From a virus (lineage: Duplodnaviria > Caudoviricetes), in the IMG/VR virus record IMGVR_UViG_2595698964_000001, positions 32,001-96,000 of that record: DNA of 64,000 nucleotides; one strand, given 5' to 3'. Made by a program: the position numbers and the translations under genes. This document shows, piece after piece, positions 1 through 8,954 of this stretch. The notes beneath the pieces are model-generated. The model did not search any database. It had not been told where the DNA came from and saw only the letters and a program-made list of their open reading frames with translations. Within the stretch, counting starts at the first letter, position 1; the number at the start of each line of letters is the position of its first letter.

Positions 1-1227
1 GATGGATGTAGACGTAATAATATTGCTATCACCGCAGGTGAGGACGTTACTATTGACCGTGTTCATATTTTAAACGCGGGAATTAACGCGGATATTGACC
101 CTGCAGCAGGTATTGACATCGAAGGTTACGGAGAAGGTGATATTGACTTTGAAGAGCCTAGAAACGTTAAGATACACGGATGTACGTTTAGAGGGAACCG
201 CAAAGACGCTCTATGTAATTTTAGTGGTTACAACGTAATTGTTACAGGTAACTTCAGCGATGGTCCAATTTCATATGGTAATGGTACAGATATGGTGATC
301 GGAGATAACACGTTTACAAGAACAGACAACACAAGAACAGCAATCGCTGGACAGAAAGTTTCTAACGGGATGACTGGAAACAACGTTACGATTATTGGTA
401 ACACAATTAAAGGGTTTAGTTCCGGAATTGATGCGAGGGGCGCGGATGTGAATATAACAGGAAACACCATTTCTGAGCTTGGTCCAAACGGTTCAGGGAT
501 AAACGTATATCAAGCCTTAAACGTAAACATCAGCAACAACAATATTCAGCATAGTAAAGGACGCCACTATAAGATTCAGGAATCGACTGATGTTAAAATA
601 GACGGCGGAAGTTCACTTCACTCTGACGTAACGGGTGTAGATGTCGTATGGTCGAAGCTCGTTAAAATAAAAGCGTTGGATATTAAAAACTCAAAACAAG
701 GCGTAAACATAAAAGAGTCTTCCGTAAACGTTATTGACTGCGAGATTGACCTTTCTGAATATGGAACGGGAGTATCATACGGCGTTGCTTTTGATAAGAA
801 CAGTGATGTCTCGATTGATGGTACAAGAATCCTAAACTCACGTAATCTCGCGATATACGGCGGAACACAAGCTGGAAAGAAAGTTAGAATCGCGAATAAC
901 AAGATTCTTGACTGTCTTGGAGGAGGAGCTATTAGTATTGTAGACTCTAGTCCTGAAGAGGTCACGGAGAGAGCTAAACCAATATTGTTTAATAATGAAG
1001 TGTCGTATAACCGCGCTACTGGAGGAGGTTACGCAATAACTTTGAAAGGGACAAAGAAAGCTGACTTGATTGAAAACACCGTGTATTCAACTAACGGCAA
1101 AAAGATGTCCGCAGCGATCAAGACAGACGAAGCTTCTGAAAGTAGAATACTAAACAATACGGTAACTGATGGTAAGATCGCACCAAGCGGGACGGACGTA
1201 TTGAACGAGAACATTGAGATTCTATAA
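1..1227 (+). CDS. Right-handed parallel beta-helix (pectate-lyase-like) protein, 5'-truncated by the window; possible depolymerase/tail spike
   Basis: Frame 1 is open from base 1 (DGCRRNNIAIT...GIDIEG...). It has many N-x-I-x-G/N-N-x-I beta-helix turns, and the stop is followed by a terminator. Confidence 0.8.
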   Translation, partial: DGCRRNNIAITAGEDVTIDRVHILNAGINADIDPAAGIDIEGYGEGDIDFEEPRNVKIHGCTFRGNRKDALCNFSGYNVIVTGNFSDGPISYGNGTDMVIGDNTFTRTDNTRTAIAGQKVSNGMTGNNVTIIGNTIKGFSSGIDARGADVNITGNTISELGPNGSGINVYQALNVNISNNNIQHSKGRHYKIQESTDVKIDGGSSLHSDVTGVDVVWSKLVKIKALDIKNSKQGVNIKESSVNVIDCEIDLSEYGTGVSYGVAFDKNSDVSIDGTRILNSRNLAIYGGTQAGKKVRIANNKILDCLGGGAISIVDSSPEEVTERAKPILFNNEVSYNRATGGGYAITLKGTKKADLIENTVYSTNGKKMSAAIKTDEASESRILNNTVTDGKIAPSGTDVLNENIEIL

Positions 1228-1229
1228 AG

Positions 1230-1256
1230 AAAGACAGCGCCTAAGCGCTGTCTTTT
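1230..1256. terminator. Bidirectional intrinsic terminator
   Basis: AAAGACAGCGC-CTAA-GCGCTGTCTTTT between convergent genes. Confidence 0.85.
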
Positions 1257-1683
1257 ATTCTACCGTAATTTTTACTTTTGTCCCATCAGGGTATGGTAAT
1301 AATTGATGACCTACCCAAGAACCAGCTCCGCGGTTATCTGAAGGTGAAATGTATTTAACGCTTGCGCCTTCTCCTCCTTCTTCGCACATGGCCATAGGGA
1401 ACTCATCCCGATCAAAACCCTTCTTTGTAGGGAAACCTTTGAGAGACAACTCGCGTCTCGCATCCGCACCGTCACGATCTATTGTACAGATGTCACTATG
1501 TCCGGCTTCGATAGCCTCACGAATATGCTGCCCGGTTTCAGGATAACGGTAAGATGGAAAACTCAATGTCTTCTCATAGTCCGCTACAACCTCTGTTGGC
1601 TCACATCCGGGAGATGAGAGAGCCGAAAACCCAAAGGTTAAGACTAATACAGCTCCAAATACTCCTGCTAAAAACGTTTTCAT
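1255..1683 (-). CDS. nucB: NucA/NucB-family secreted DNase
   Basis: N-terminal hydrophobic signal; [31 protein letters not shown] and [14 protein letters not shown] motifs characteristic of Bacillus NucA/NucB; GGAGG RBS. Confidence 0.9.
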   Translation of the reverse strand: MKTFLAGVFGAVLVLTFGFSALSSPGCEPTEVVADYEKTLSFPSYRYPETGQHIREAIEAGHSDICTIDRDGADARRELSLKGFPTKKGFDRDEFPMAMCEEGGEGASVKYISPSDNRGAGSWVGHQLLPYPDGTKVKITVE

Positions 1684-1749
1684 TTTTAAACCTCCGTCTC
1701 TACTTTGGATACAATTTCAACTAACAATGTAGATCAAGTCCAAGTTCGC

Positions 1750-2388
1750 TTATCTAGAAACCCATAACAGACCGGGAGACATCTTGTCTTCAAATACTCC
1801 CTCCGGGAGTCTACGTTTACCTCCGCGTTTTCTACGTCTCTTCACATTCTCTTTCAAGGCTTCAATTTCCTCTGCTTTCATAGAGTTGACTTGGTTCAAA
1901 ATTCGCGTTGCTTCGTCCAAAGAAGTACAATAAGACAAGATAACCTTATGATGTTGTACACAGTAACGTCCGCCTTTGAAGTGTCTATTGAACCAAATAT
2001 ACGCTCTGTACTCTTTTCGTTTAGGAGGAAAGAACCCGTTTTTCACAAAAAAGTCTCTTATTTGGCGTGCTTCCTCCAGTGTCTTAGCTGTTCTACTTCG
2101 GGCTTTACCCTTAGAAATAAACATAACCTGATAACCCGTCTTTCCCTTATAGATATATTTTGAGCGTCTAAGGCTAGGGTCTCTACGCTCAATTAGTTTT
2201 AGTCTAGCTAACTCCTCACGAACTTTATCAAGCTTGTTTCCCGCTAATACAAGCTCCCTTATTCTTTCCGCATTTTCTTTTATTTTAAGCGTTCCTATAT
2301 GAACTCTTTTGTCAACATCAATCGTTCTTCCCGTCACGTAATAGCATCTATAGCGCGTTTTGAACGACACAGCGCAAGCTGGCTTCAT
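1750..2388 (-). CDS. Basic protein with three tandem AP2-like DNA-binding repeats
   Basis: Three beta-beta-beta-alpha-like units ending ENAERIRE, LEEARQIRD and LDEATRIL; resembles 5643..6197. Confidence 0.55.
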   Translation of the reverse strand: MKPACAVSFKTRYRCYYVTGRTIDVDKRVHIGTLKIKENAERIRELVLAGNKLDKVREELARLKLIERRDPSLRRSKYIYKGKTGYQVMFISKGKARSRTAKTLEEARQIRDFFVKNGFFPPKRKEYRAYIWFNRHFKGGRYCVQHHKVILSYCTSLDEATRILNQVNSMKAEEIEALKENVKRRRKRGGKRRLPEGVFEDKMSPGLLWVSR

Positions 2389-2390
2389 TG

Positions 2391-3899
2391 TTATGCTCCT
2401 TTCACAACAACTAATGGTTTACAAACTGCTACTACTGAAGCAAGTTTCGCTCCTACTACAGAATCAATAATTTGGTCGACATCCTTGTAAGCTTGAGGAC
2501 ACTCATCTAAGATAGTCTCGAGAGACTTCTGGTTGACTACAATCTCATCGTCTTCTCCAACTCTCAAGCTCTTAGCAAACTCGTCAACCGTAACGACCTC
2601 TCTTGTAGCTCGACGACTACGAACACGACCAGCCCCATGACAGATAGAATAAAAGTTCTTTACACCCTCGTCTTTACCAAGCATAATGTAGCTTGACGTC
2701 CCCATAGAGCCCGGAATAAGCGCCGGGTGTCCAGTTTCCTTAAACACCTTTGGGTTTAAATGGTGTCCAGCCGGAAGAGCTCTTGTAGCTCCTTTACGAT
2801 GTACGATATGCGGAGAGTTTCTATGAAACTCGACTTGAGCATAGTTATGCATAAGATCATATAAAAGCTCAGTTTCCACATGTTCACCCATAACATCCCG
2901 GAAAGCTTGGGATACACCATACGCAATCATATGACGGTTCGCAACAGCGTAGTTAAGAGACGCGCGTAGCATAGTATAATAGTCTTGTCCGACCTCACTA
3001 TTGAACGGAGCAAAGACAAGGTTTGGATCAGGAGATTCAACACCCCATCTATACATCTCCTCTTTAAACGCTTTCACAGCATCGCGTCCAGCTCTTGCGC
3101 CGAACCCTCTTGAACCGGAATGGACCATAAATACAATTTGCCCGTCGAATAAACCCCACTTTTTCGCCGTTTCTCGATTCTCGTCTTCAATAGAGGCACT
3201 TTGTACCTCGATAAAGTGATTACCTCCTCCAAGAGTCCCAAGTTGATCACGAACAGAGGTGAATACTTTAGAGTCTCTGTTAAAGAGTTTCCCTTGTCCA
3301 TGTTTGTCCAAATACGCCTTAACGTCATCTTCCAAATCAAAGCCAGAAATTTCAACATTTTCTATGTCAGATTCGTTAAAGAAGAACTCAGAAGGCACCC
3401 CTCCCAAACCTTTAGTAGCGATATGCCAGGGATCGAGACTTTCAGAGTAGTGTCCTTTGACAGTTTGTCTCGCAGAACCTTTTCGGAAGTTAGACTCATC
3501 AACGGTATTTACATATTTTTCAATTCCAGCTACAAGAGCTCGGCGTAATTCCACATCCTTTAAATCGTTCTTATGAAGATTCGTCCTATGTAGTCGCATA
3601 CCACACCCGATGTCACTTCCAACGATGGATGGTGAAATGAACCCATCTTTAGCATTCCAAACAGCAGTAGTCCCTATACAAGTACCTACTCCAACATGCG
3701 CGTCCGGCGTGTAGCTCATATGAACATTACGAGGTATTTGTAGGTTATTTCGACCCATTTCAAATATTCGAGGTTCAAGGTTTTGGTACACCTCTTCATT
3801 AGCGAACACATGTAACTTTCCACTTACGTCTCCAGCGAACTCTTCAATATAGTGATTATTTCCTTTATTATGAGTTAAACGCATGTTAACGAATTTCAT
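2391..3899 (-). CDS. rtcB: RtcB-family RNA ligase
   Basis: Motifs PDAHVG, GSDIGCGM, GTLGGGNHFIEVQ, VHSGSRG, HNYA, HRKGAT, IPGSMG and SICHGAGR are all present. Confidence 0.95.
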   Translation of the reverse strand: MKFVNMRLTHNKGNNHYIEEFAGDVSGKLHVFANEEVYQNLEPRIFEMGRNNLQIPRNVHMSYTPDAHVGVGTCIGTTAVWNAKDGFISPSIVGSDIGCGMRLHRTNLHKNDLKDVELRRALVAGIEKYVNTVDESNFRKGSARQTVKGHYSESLDPWHIATKGLGGVPSEFFFNESDIENVEISGFDLEDDVKAYLDKHGQGKLFNRDSKVFTSVRDQLGTLGGGNHFIEVQSASIEDENRETAKKWGLFDGQIVFMVHSGSRGFGARAGRDAVKAFKEEMYRWGVESPDPNLVFAPFNSEVGQDYYTMLRASLNYAVANRHMIAYGVSQAFRDVMGEHVETELLYDLMHNYAQVEFHRNSPHIVHRKGATRALPAGHHLNPKVFKETGHPALIPGSMGTSSYIMLGKDEGVKNFYSICHGAGRVRSRRATREVVTVDEFAKSLRVGEDDEIVVNQKSLETILDECPQAYKDVDQIIDSVVGAKLASVVAVCKPLVVVKGA

Positions 3900-4115
3900 T
3901 TAGCGTCTTCTCCCTTCCATGGATAAGGTTACTTCTGTGTATTCCGGATCATTCATCAGTTCAAAAAGTGAATTAAAGTTAAGTGTATGTCGCCCAAAGT
4001 CGGGAGTTTTAGCGACTCCCTCTTTGAGCATAATAGTGAGCTCTGCTATCGCGGCTTCAAAAGAGTCCTGCTTATCAATACGATCTATCTCACTTGTTTT
4101 CACATAAAACAACAT
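3900..4115 (-). CDS. Hypothetical protein
   Basis: GGAGGG RBS; abuts rtcB. Confidence 0.7.
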   Translation of the reverse strand: MLFYVKTSEIDRIDKQDSFEAAIAELTIMLKEGVAKTPDFGRHTLNFNSLFELMNDPEYTEVTLSMEGRRR

Positions 4116-4128
4116 ATTAAGTCCCTCC

Positions 4129-4611
4129 TTAATAGATCAAGCTAACAAGTTCCTTTATGGAGTTCTTATCGTAAATTAAAGTTTTAGCAACACTAGTTCC
4201 AACCCCGTCTGTTTCGGTTACTACGACAGAAGCACTATTTGTATCAGCGAGTTGCTTGGTAAAACAGAACTCCATGTTAAGGTGTTTTTCCAGCGGAATA
4301 ATAAGGTCATCGACAACTTTCTTGAATTTTGCGTCAAGCGGGTGATCAATGAACACCGAGGTCTTAGCGTTAGGGTACTCAGGGAGCTCTAACAACAATT
4401 TAAATAAAGCCGGGAAGTCTAACATAGTCGGGATATATTGAAGCCTTGTATCGTCTATATCTCCACCAATAGCTTTTAAACGTCGATCTGTTTCGCGGGT
4501 TACAGTCTCGGTAAGAATAATTACGCGGTTACCTTTCTCTTGAGCCTCTTTAACAAGTTGAAGCATTACAAGAGTCTTTCCTGATCCGGGTCTTCCAAAA
4601 ATTGATTTCAT
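4129..4611 (-). CDS. Small P-loop NTPase/kinase-like protein
   Basis: N-terminal Walker A GRPGSGKT, later VFID Walker-B-like motif; GGAGGAG RBS. Confidence 0.65.
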   Translation of the reverse strand: MKSIFGRPGSGKTLVMLQLVKEAQEKGNRVIILTETVTRETDRRLKAIGGDIDDTRLQYIPTMLDFPALFKLLLELPEYPNAKTSVFIDHPLDAKFKKVVDDLIIPLEKHLNMEFCFTKQLADTNSASVVVTETDGVGTSVAKTLIYDKNSIKELVSLIY

Positions 4612-4662
4612 TTTTTCTCCTCCTAATCGTTAGTGATTACCTATCAAGTAAAGTGACCTTTT

Positions 4663-4848
4663 TCAATCTTCTCTCCCTAACAAACCAAGTTTCTGAAGAT
4701 ACAACCGTCTAGAAAGTTTGTCTACTTTTTTACCATCATCCTCAGAAACTCGTCGAATAGCTTGAGAAGCCTCCTCGGCAAAGTGTATTAATAGATGGTT
4801 ATCAGAAAACGCTTTGATCTGTCTAAGTAATGCTCCTAGCTCAACCAA
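4663..4848 (-). CDS. Hypothetical protein (start uncertain, possibly 4878)
   Basis: ORF within the leftward operon; the frame stays open upstream to a GAGGAGG RBS. Confidence 0.55.
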   Translation of the reverse strand: MVELGALLRQIKAFSDNHLLIHFAEEASQAIRRVSEDDGKKVDKLSRRLYLQKLGLLGRED

Positions 4849-4891
4849 TACTTTCTCTTCATTATAATTATAACTGATATCATTGACCTCC

Positions 4892-5089
4892 TCAAACGCT
4901 TCTTCGCGCTAGTTGTAACACTTCGTCAATAACTCCAGACCTAAACGCTCTGTCAAGTTGATGTTCAAGTCGAATTTGCTCAATTTGAACAGGTTCTTGA
5001 TTAACTTCCTTTTCATTGATCCTTTTCTCGAGGTCTATAATTTTGTACGCGATGTCTTTAATAAGTTGCTGTTTTTTCTTCTCAGTCAA
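4892..5089 (-). CDS. Hypothetical protein
   Basis: GAGGAG RBS, TTG start, first gene after the leftward promoter. Confidence 0.7.
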   Translation of the reverse strand: MTEKKKQQLIKDIAYKIIDLEKRINEKEVNQEPVQIEQIRLEHQLDRAFRSGVIDEVLQLARRSV

Positions 5090-5120
5090 TTGTTGTCACT
5101 CCTCTTGTCAGGATACTTCA

Positions 5121-5149
5121 AGCCTACTATAAAGGTCGTCAGTAGTCAA
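5121..5149 (-). promoter_or_regulatory. sigmaA-type promoter for the leftward operon containing rtcB
   Basis: TTGACT-N17-TAGGCT on the minus strand. Confidence 0.55.
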
Positions 5150-5214
5150 GTGATTTCTTCAAACTGGAGAAAACTTTTCAAGCGAGACTTTTATCAATTA
5201 TGGAGGCTGATAAT

Positions 5215-5640
5215 ATGAGAACTGATTGGAATACTTATTTTATGGAGATCGCAAACGCAGTGAAAACTAGGTCAACGTGTGAACGACTTAACGTAGGTTG
5301 TGTATTAACAAAAGATAACAGAATAATAGCCACAGGGTATAACGGAAGTATATCTGGTCACCCTCATTGTGACGAAGACGGGATTGGTCACCTTATGTAT
5401 GAGAATGGTTGTAAGCGGACTATCCACGCAGAGCTAAACGCGTTGTTACAATGCGCTAAAAACGGCATAGCTACTAACGGGGCGACGGCTTATGTAACTC
5501 ACTATCCTTGCCCAGATTGTATGAAGGCTTTGAATCAAGCAGGGATTAAGAAGGTTTATTACAATGAGTACTATCCGCATAGGTATCGTAATGAATTTGA
5601 CTACGGAATCGAACTATTTTCATTAAAGGAGGGCAAATAA
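5215..5640 (+). CDS. comEB: dCMP deaminase (ComEB-like)
   Basis: RSTC, ATGYNG, IHAELNAL and HYPCPDC zinc-deaminase motifs; GGAGG RBS before ATG 5215. Confidence 0.92.
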   Translation: MRTDWNTYFMEIANAVKTRSTCERLNVGCVLTKDNRIIATGYNGSISGHPHCDEDGIGHLMYENGCKRTIHAELNALLQCAKNGIATNGATAYVTHYPCPDCMKALNQAGIKKVYYNEYYPHRYRNEFDYGIELFSLKEGK

Positions 5641-5642
5641 AG

Positions 5643-6197
5643 TTGAAATCTAACAAAGTATACGTAGGACAAGGACGTGATTGTTTTACTGTCTACGTAA
5701 AAACTACAGAAGGTCTCGAGTACGTTGGTAGTGTAAAGGACAAAGAAGAGGCAATAAGAGTAAAAGAACGTCTCGCTGAGGGCACTGAATCTTACGAGTT
5801 TATTAAAAAGGAGCTTAGAAAAAGAGGGACTAAGAGGTCAACAACAGGACACAGAAATATATCTTGGAATCGTAAACAACTCTGTTATATTGTTAGTGTT
5901 AGAGGAGAGTATGTTGGGTTTACGAGAGAGCTTGACGAGGCAGTACGTATGAGGGACGCTTACCTTTCAAGCGGTGAAAAACCAGCTTGTAAGAAAAATC
6001 GTAATGGCGTATATGCGTATGAGGTAAAAAATGGATGGGTCATATGGTACAGAATGATTGTAGCCGGGACTCCAAAGAACCAATATGTTGGTCTAGTTGC
6101 GACCAAATCTGAAGCCGAACAAGTGAGAGAGGAACTTTTGAGTGGGGGAGACTACGAGACTATAAAAGAGAAGCTAAAAAATGAAAGAGGGCATTAG
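5643..6197 (+). CDS. Protein with three tandem AP2-like repeats
   Basis: Three repeats of YVG...(D/E/S)EA..R, e.g. TGHRNISWNRK...YVGFTRELDEAVRMRD. Confidence 0.6.
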   Translation: MKSNKVYVGQGRDCFTVYVKTTEGLEYVGSVKDKEEAIRVKERLAEGTESYEFIKKELRKRGTKRSTTGHRNISWNRKQLCYIVSVRGEYVGFTRELDEAVRMRDAYLSSGEKPACKKNRNGVYAYEVKNGWVIWYRMIVAGTPKNQYVGLVATKSEAEQVREELLSGGDYETIKEKLKNERGH

Positions 6198-6376
6198 CCC
6201 TCTTTCTTCGCCTCCCAAATCATCGGATATGAAGTATGCAAAATCCTTCCTTGTCCATCAAATAGAAACGTTTTTTCTTTCCAGCTGTCACAAGCGTTAG
6301 CTGTTGCCATTTTCGCGGTAATTAAATCCGTTTCGATAATCTCCTCATGCGTTTTCGATGCGATTTTATAAACCAT
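6194..6376 (-). CDS. Hypothetical protein
   Basis: GGAGGG RBS before ATG 6376 (MVYKIASK...). Confidence 0.65.
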   Translation of the reverse strand: MVYKIASKTHEEIIETDLITAKMATANACDSWKEKTFLFDGQGRILHTSYPMIWEAKKEG

Positions 6377-6377
6377 T

Positions 6378-6530
6378 TTATTCGCCCTCCGCTTTCTCAA
6401 TTGATAATACTTCGATATTCAAAAACGTAGGCTGTTTTCTCCACTGTTCAAACGCCCTCATACTTTTGAACCTGCTGACAGATTTATTGCCTTTTGCATA
6501 CCAACTTTGGCGCCACGTTACACGAATCAT
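6378..6530 (-). CDS. Small hypothetical protein (50 aa, not in the ORF track)
   Basis: Read by eye as MIRVTWRQSWYAKGNK...KAEGE*; RBS upstream; fills the gap between its neighbours exactly. Confidence 0.65.
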   Translation of the reverse strand: MIRVTWRQSWYAKGNKSVSRFKSMRAFEQWRKQPTFLNIEVLSIEKAEGE

Positions 6531-6531
6531 C

Positions 6532-6768
6532 CTATTCACCCTCCCCTTGCACAATTTTTCTTAATTGTTCCCATGCTCCAAACTCGCTTGTATCGTAGAC
6601 GGTTATTTTAGGACTTAGCAATTCTTGGTGATATAAATTCAGGAGCATGAAGTTGAACTCCTTAATTGATGTAGGTATCTTTTTATTGTTCCACTCGATT
6701 TCGATTGTTGCCCCTGTAGGTATTTCACTATTTAATGTCCATCCTTTAATTGCTGTCGGTATTTCCAT
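6532..6768 (-). CDS. Hypothetical protein
   Basis: GGAGGG RBS; tightly packed operon. Confidence 0.7.
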   Translation of the reverse strand: MEIPTAIKGWTLNSEIPTGATIEIEWNNKKIPTSIKEFNFMLLNLYHQELLSPKITVYDTSEFGAWEQLRKIVQGEGE

Positions 6769-6769
6769 T

Positions 6770-7270
6770 TTATTTGCCCTCCTCTTTTTCGATAGTGCGC
6801 TTTAACGTTTCCTCTAACAACTCTGCGCCTTTGAAGTTTCCTTCTTCTTTAGCTCTCTTGATTGACATTTCCAAGGCTTTGATTGTTGTTTCGATCGTTG
6901 CCTTTTGTGGCTCCTTTTTCTCTCCGCCATTAACTTTAACGATTTGTATTGAGTTGATATGATTAAACTCTGGGTGTGTTTCCTCGATGTTTAGAATCTT
7001 TCTTGTATTTTCGTTTTGTTCTCCCCAGCTTCTCAGTGCTTTGTCGGCATCCTTTAACGTTTTGTGATAAGAAACTTGCAACTTAGTAGTCCCTAAATCA
7101 ACAAACTTTTTGTTTTCGTCTCTGCCATAGTCATTGAACTCGATTACCACCACATATTTGTAATCATTTACTTTTGAGTTTCTTGTTTTTGTTTTTCCGT
7201 TGAATGATACTGAGTAAAGTGTTTTTCCGTTCTTTTCTGTTGCTGTTACTACTGGTTTCTGTTTTTTCAT
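6770..7270 (-). CDS. Hypothetical protein
   Basis: GAGGAGG RBS; 166-aa ORF. Confidence 0.75.
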   Translation of the reverse strand: MKKQKPVVTATEKNGKTLYSVSFNGKTKTRNSKVNDYKYVVVIEFNDYGRDENKKFVDLGTTKLQVSYHKTLKDADKALRSWGEQNENTRKILNIEETHPEFNHINSIQIVKVNGGEKKEPQKATIETTIKALEMSIKRAKEEGNFKGAELLEETLKRTIEKEEGK

Positions 7271-7306
7271 TTTGATTTCCTCCTCGTAATGGTTGGTTGT
7301 ATAAGC

Positions 7307-7453
7307 TTAAGCTACTTCGCCAATTTGTTTTTTGTACATTGAGAGCTTCCACTCGAGCATCATCGTTTGCATTTCGTCTAAGTTACCAGTAGTAAGTTCG
7401 TTAGTTACCTCTTTGATTTTACCTTCGATAGTGTTGATTTCAACTTTTGTCAT
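7307..7453 (-). CDS. Small hypothetical protein (48 aa, not in the ORF track)
   Basis: MTKVEINTIEGK...IGEVA*; AAAGGAG RBS; directly after a promoter. Confidence 0.7.
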   Translation of the reverse strand: MTKVEINTIEGKIKEVTNELTTGNLDEMQTMMLEWKLSMYKKQIGEVA

Positions 7454-7504
7454 CTAAATCGTCTCCTTTTTAACTCTGATTTAGTGTTTCTCGCTTACAA
7501 GTTA

Positions 7505-7533
7505 ATCATACTACGTAGTGTACCACTTAGCAA
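7505..7533 (-). promoter_or_regulatory. sigmaA-type early promoter (leftward)
   Basis: TTGCTA-N17-TATGAT with AT-rich upstream sequence. Confidence 0.65.
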
Positions 7534-7585
7534 GTGCTTTTTGTAACATTTTTGAATTTTATTTCATAACAAGAGAAGAGCCCTG

Positions 7586-7864
7586 TTACACAACGGGCTC
7601 TTCCTTAATTCTTTCGTATTCGTCAAGAGTGATTATAGTCCAACCAAGTACTCTTAGTGCTATCTCAAGAGTTGTTTGGCTTGTTGAGTTCTCAAACAAC
7701 GAGGGAGAACCATTGAAGGGCTCTTTTGATATGTACATAACATCTCCAGATATCGCGTCGTAAGAATGAACCCAACCTTCTGAGTAGAGACGGCCAAAAA
7801 GCTTGAAGTCTTCAGCTCTTGTGTTAACATCTTCAAACAAACCTATTGCAATCATTGTACCCAT
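7586..7864 (-). CDS. Hypothetical protein
   Basis: AAAGGAGTGG RBS before ATG 7864. Confidence 0.7.
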   Translation of the reverse strand: MGTMIAIGLFEDVNTRAEDFKLFGRLYSEGWVHSYDAISGDVMYISKEPFNGSPSLFENSTSQTTLEIALRVLGWTIITLDEYERIKEEPVV

Positions 7865-7972
7865 TGAAACCACTCCTTTAATTGTTTTAACATACTTTAT
7901 TTTATAGTACGTTCTAAAGGAAAGCAAGAAAAAGTCCACTTACCAGTTATCTCTATATAATGCAATTAATTC

Positions 7973-8002
7973 TTGACTAGTCCTAAGCTAATAGGTTATA
8001 AT
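7973..8002 (+). promoter_or_regulatory. sigmaA-type promoter of the candidate sRNA
   Basis: TTGACT-N18-TATAAT. Confidence 0.75.
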
Positions 8003-8007
8003 TCCTG

Positions 8008-8062
8008 TACGGAGTAGTTATGTCAAGCCCGATTTGAGGTTCTGAAAAGAACCTCATTTTTT
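8008..8062 (+). ncRNA. Candidate trans-acting small RNA (~55 nt)
   Basis: Promoter immediately upstream and a GAAA-tetraloop terminator at the 3' end; 8008-8024 is the exact reverse complement of 9686-9702. Confidence 0.65.
8035..8062 (+). terminator. Intrinsic terminator
   Basis: TGAGGTTCT-GAAA-AGAACCTCA-TTTTTT. Confidence 0.9.
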
Positions 8063-8166
8063 ATTGAACTTTTTCAAAATGTATTTGACGAGTACATTCG
8101 AGCTATAGTATGTTATTGCTAACAAATAAACAGTGCGTTCTTAACGCCAAAGGGGAGTTTAAAATT

Positions 8167-8589
8167 ATGAAAAAGAAAGTTATTGCGTTAACACTCGCGT
8201 CAGGAGTCGTATTAGGGTCAACAGCAACATACGCGGCGACTAACTGGTTCAGTAGTTTACTAGACAAGTCCGTGAGTGAAGTCAACTCTGTCGTTCCTGA
8301 CAAAGACTATGAAGCGATCTTCCAGAAGGAAGTTGACGCCGCGAAGGAAACAGTACAAGATGAAGTTGGCGATCTTACTGAGGAGCAAAAGCAAAACGTC
8401 AAAGCAGAAATCAAATATCACGAGGATCAAAGAATCTCTGAGATTAAAGAGAAATTTGTAGGGTCTAGTATTAAAACGGCTAGACAAACGTTAACTAAAG
8501 CTGGCGGCGAAGCTCAACAGAAAGCGGAACAAAAAATTGACGAGGCGTATAACAAGGTATTAGCAAATAACGGGTTAAGTTCTAAGTAA
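8167..8589 (+). CDS. Secreted helical protein of unknown function
   Basis: Sec signal MKKKVIALTLASGVVLGSTATYA; GGGGAG RBS; TTGACG-type promoter near 8085. Confidence 0.75.
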   Translation: MKKKVIALTLASGVVLGSTATYAATNWFSSLLDKSVSEVNSVVPDKDYEAIFQKEVDAAKETVQDEVGDLTEEQKQNVKAEIKYHEDQRISEIKEKFVGSSIKTARQTLTKAGGEAQQKAEQKIDEAYNKVLANNGLSSK

Positions 8590-8634
8590 ACGAGCATACT
8601 ATGCTTAACCTCGCTTAATGCATCACCACGCTAC

Positions 8635-8663
8635 CGCGGCTCAGTTGAGTCGCGTTTTATTTT
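8635..8663 (+). terminator. Intrinsic terminator
   Basis: CGCGGCTCA-GT-TGAGTCGCG followed by a T-rich run. Confidence 0.65.
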
Positions 8664-8723
8664 GTACCCTTATTATGTTTATATTAAACTAGTAACGAAT
8701 TACTATCATCGGAGGTAGCTTAT

Positions 8724-8954
8724 ATGAGAGACTCAAGAAATTTGAAGATAAAGTTCTTTAGTTCAAACGGTATGTCAGTCGAGGCTTTAGAATCTCTTGA
8801 AAAAGATGTTAACGACTTCTGTTGTTCTCCAGATGTCACACCAATAAATTTGAAGTCATTCCCTATTAGCGAACAAGGCGAGACTAAGTTTGTATCTCAA
8901 ATTATATATGAAGAGCGCATGGAACCTAGGTTCCGACAAGTTACGAGTGTTTGA
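8724..8954 (+). CDS. Hypothetical protein
   Basis: GGAGG RBS; followed by a palindromic terminator at 8967-8996. Confidence 0.7.
   Translation: MRDSRNLKIKFFSSNGMSVEALESLEKDVNDFCCSPDVTPINLKSFPISEQGETKFVSQIIYEERMEPRFRQVTSV

Noticed and set aside
8020-8037. Micro-ORF MSSPI* with a GGAG upstream, inside the candidate sRNA
   Set aside because: It has only five codons, and the GGAG is explained by complementarity to the anti-SD arm at 9686-9702. It cannot be fully excluded without ribosome profiling.
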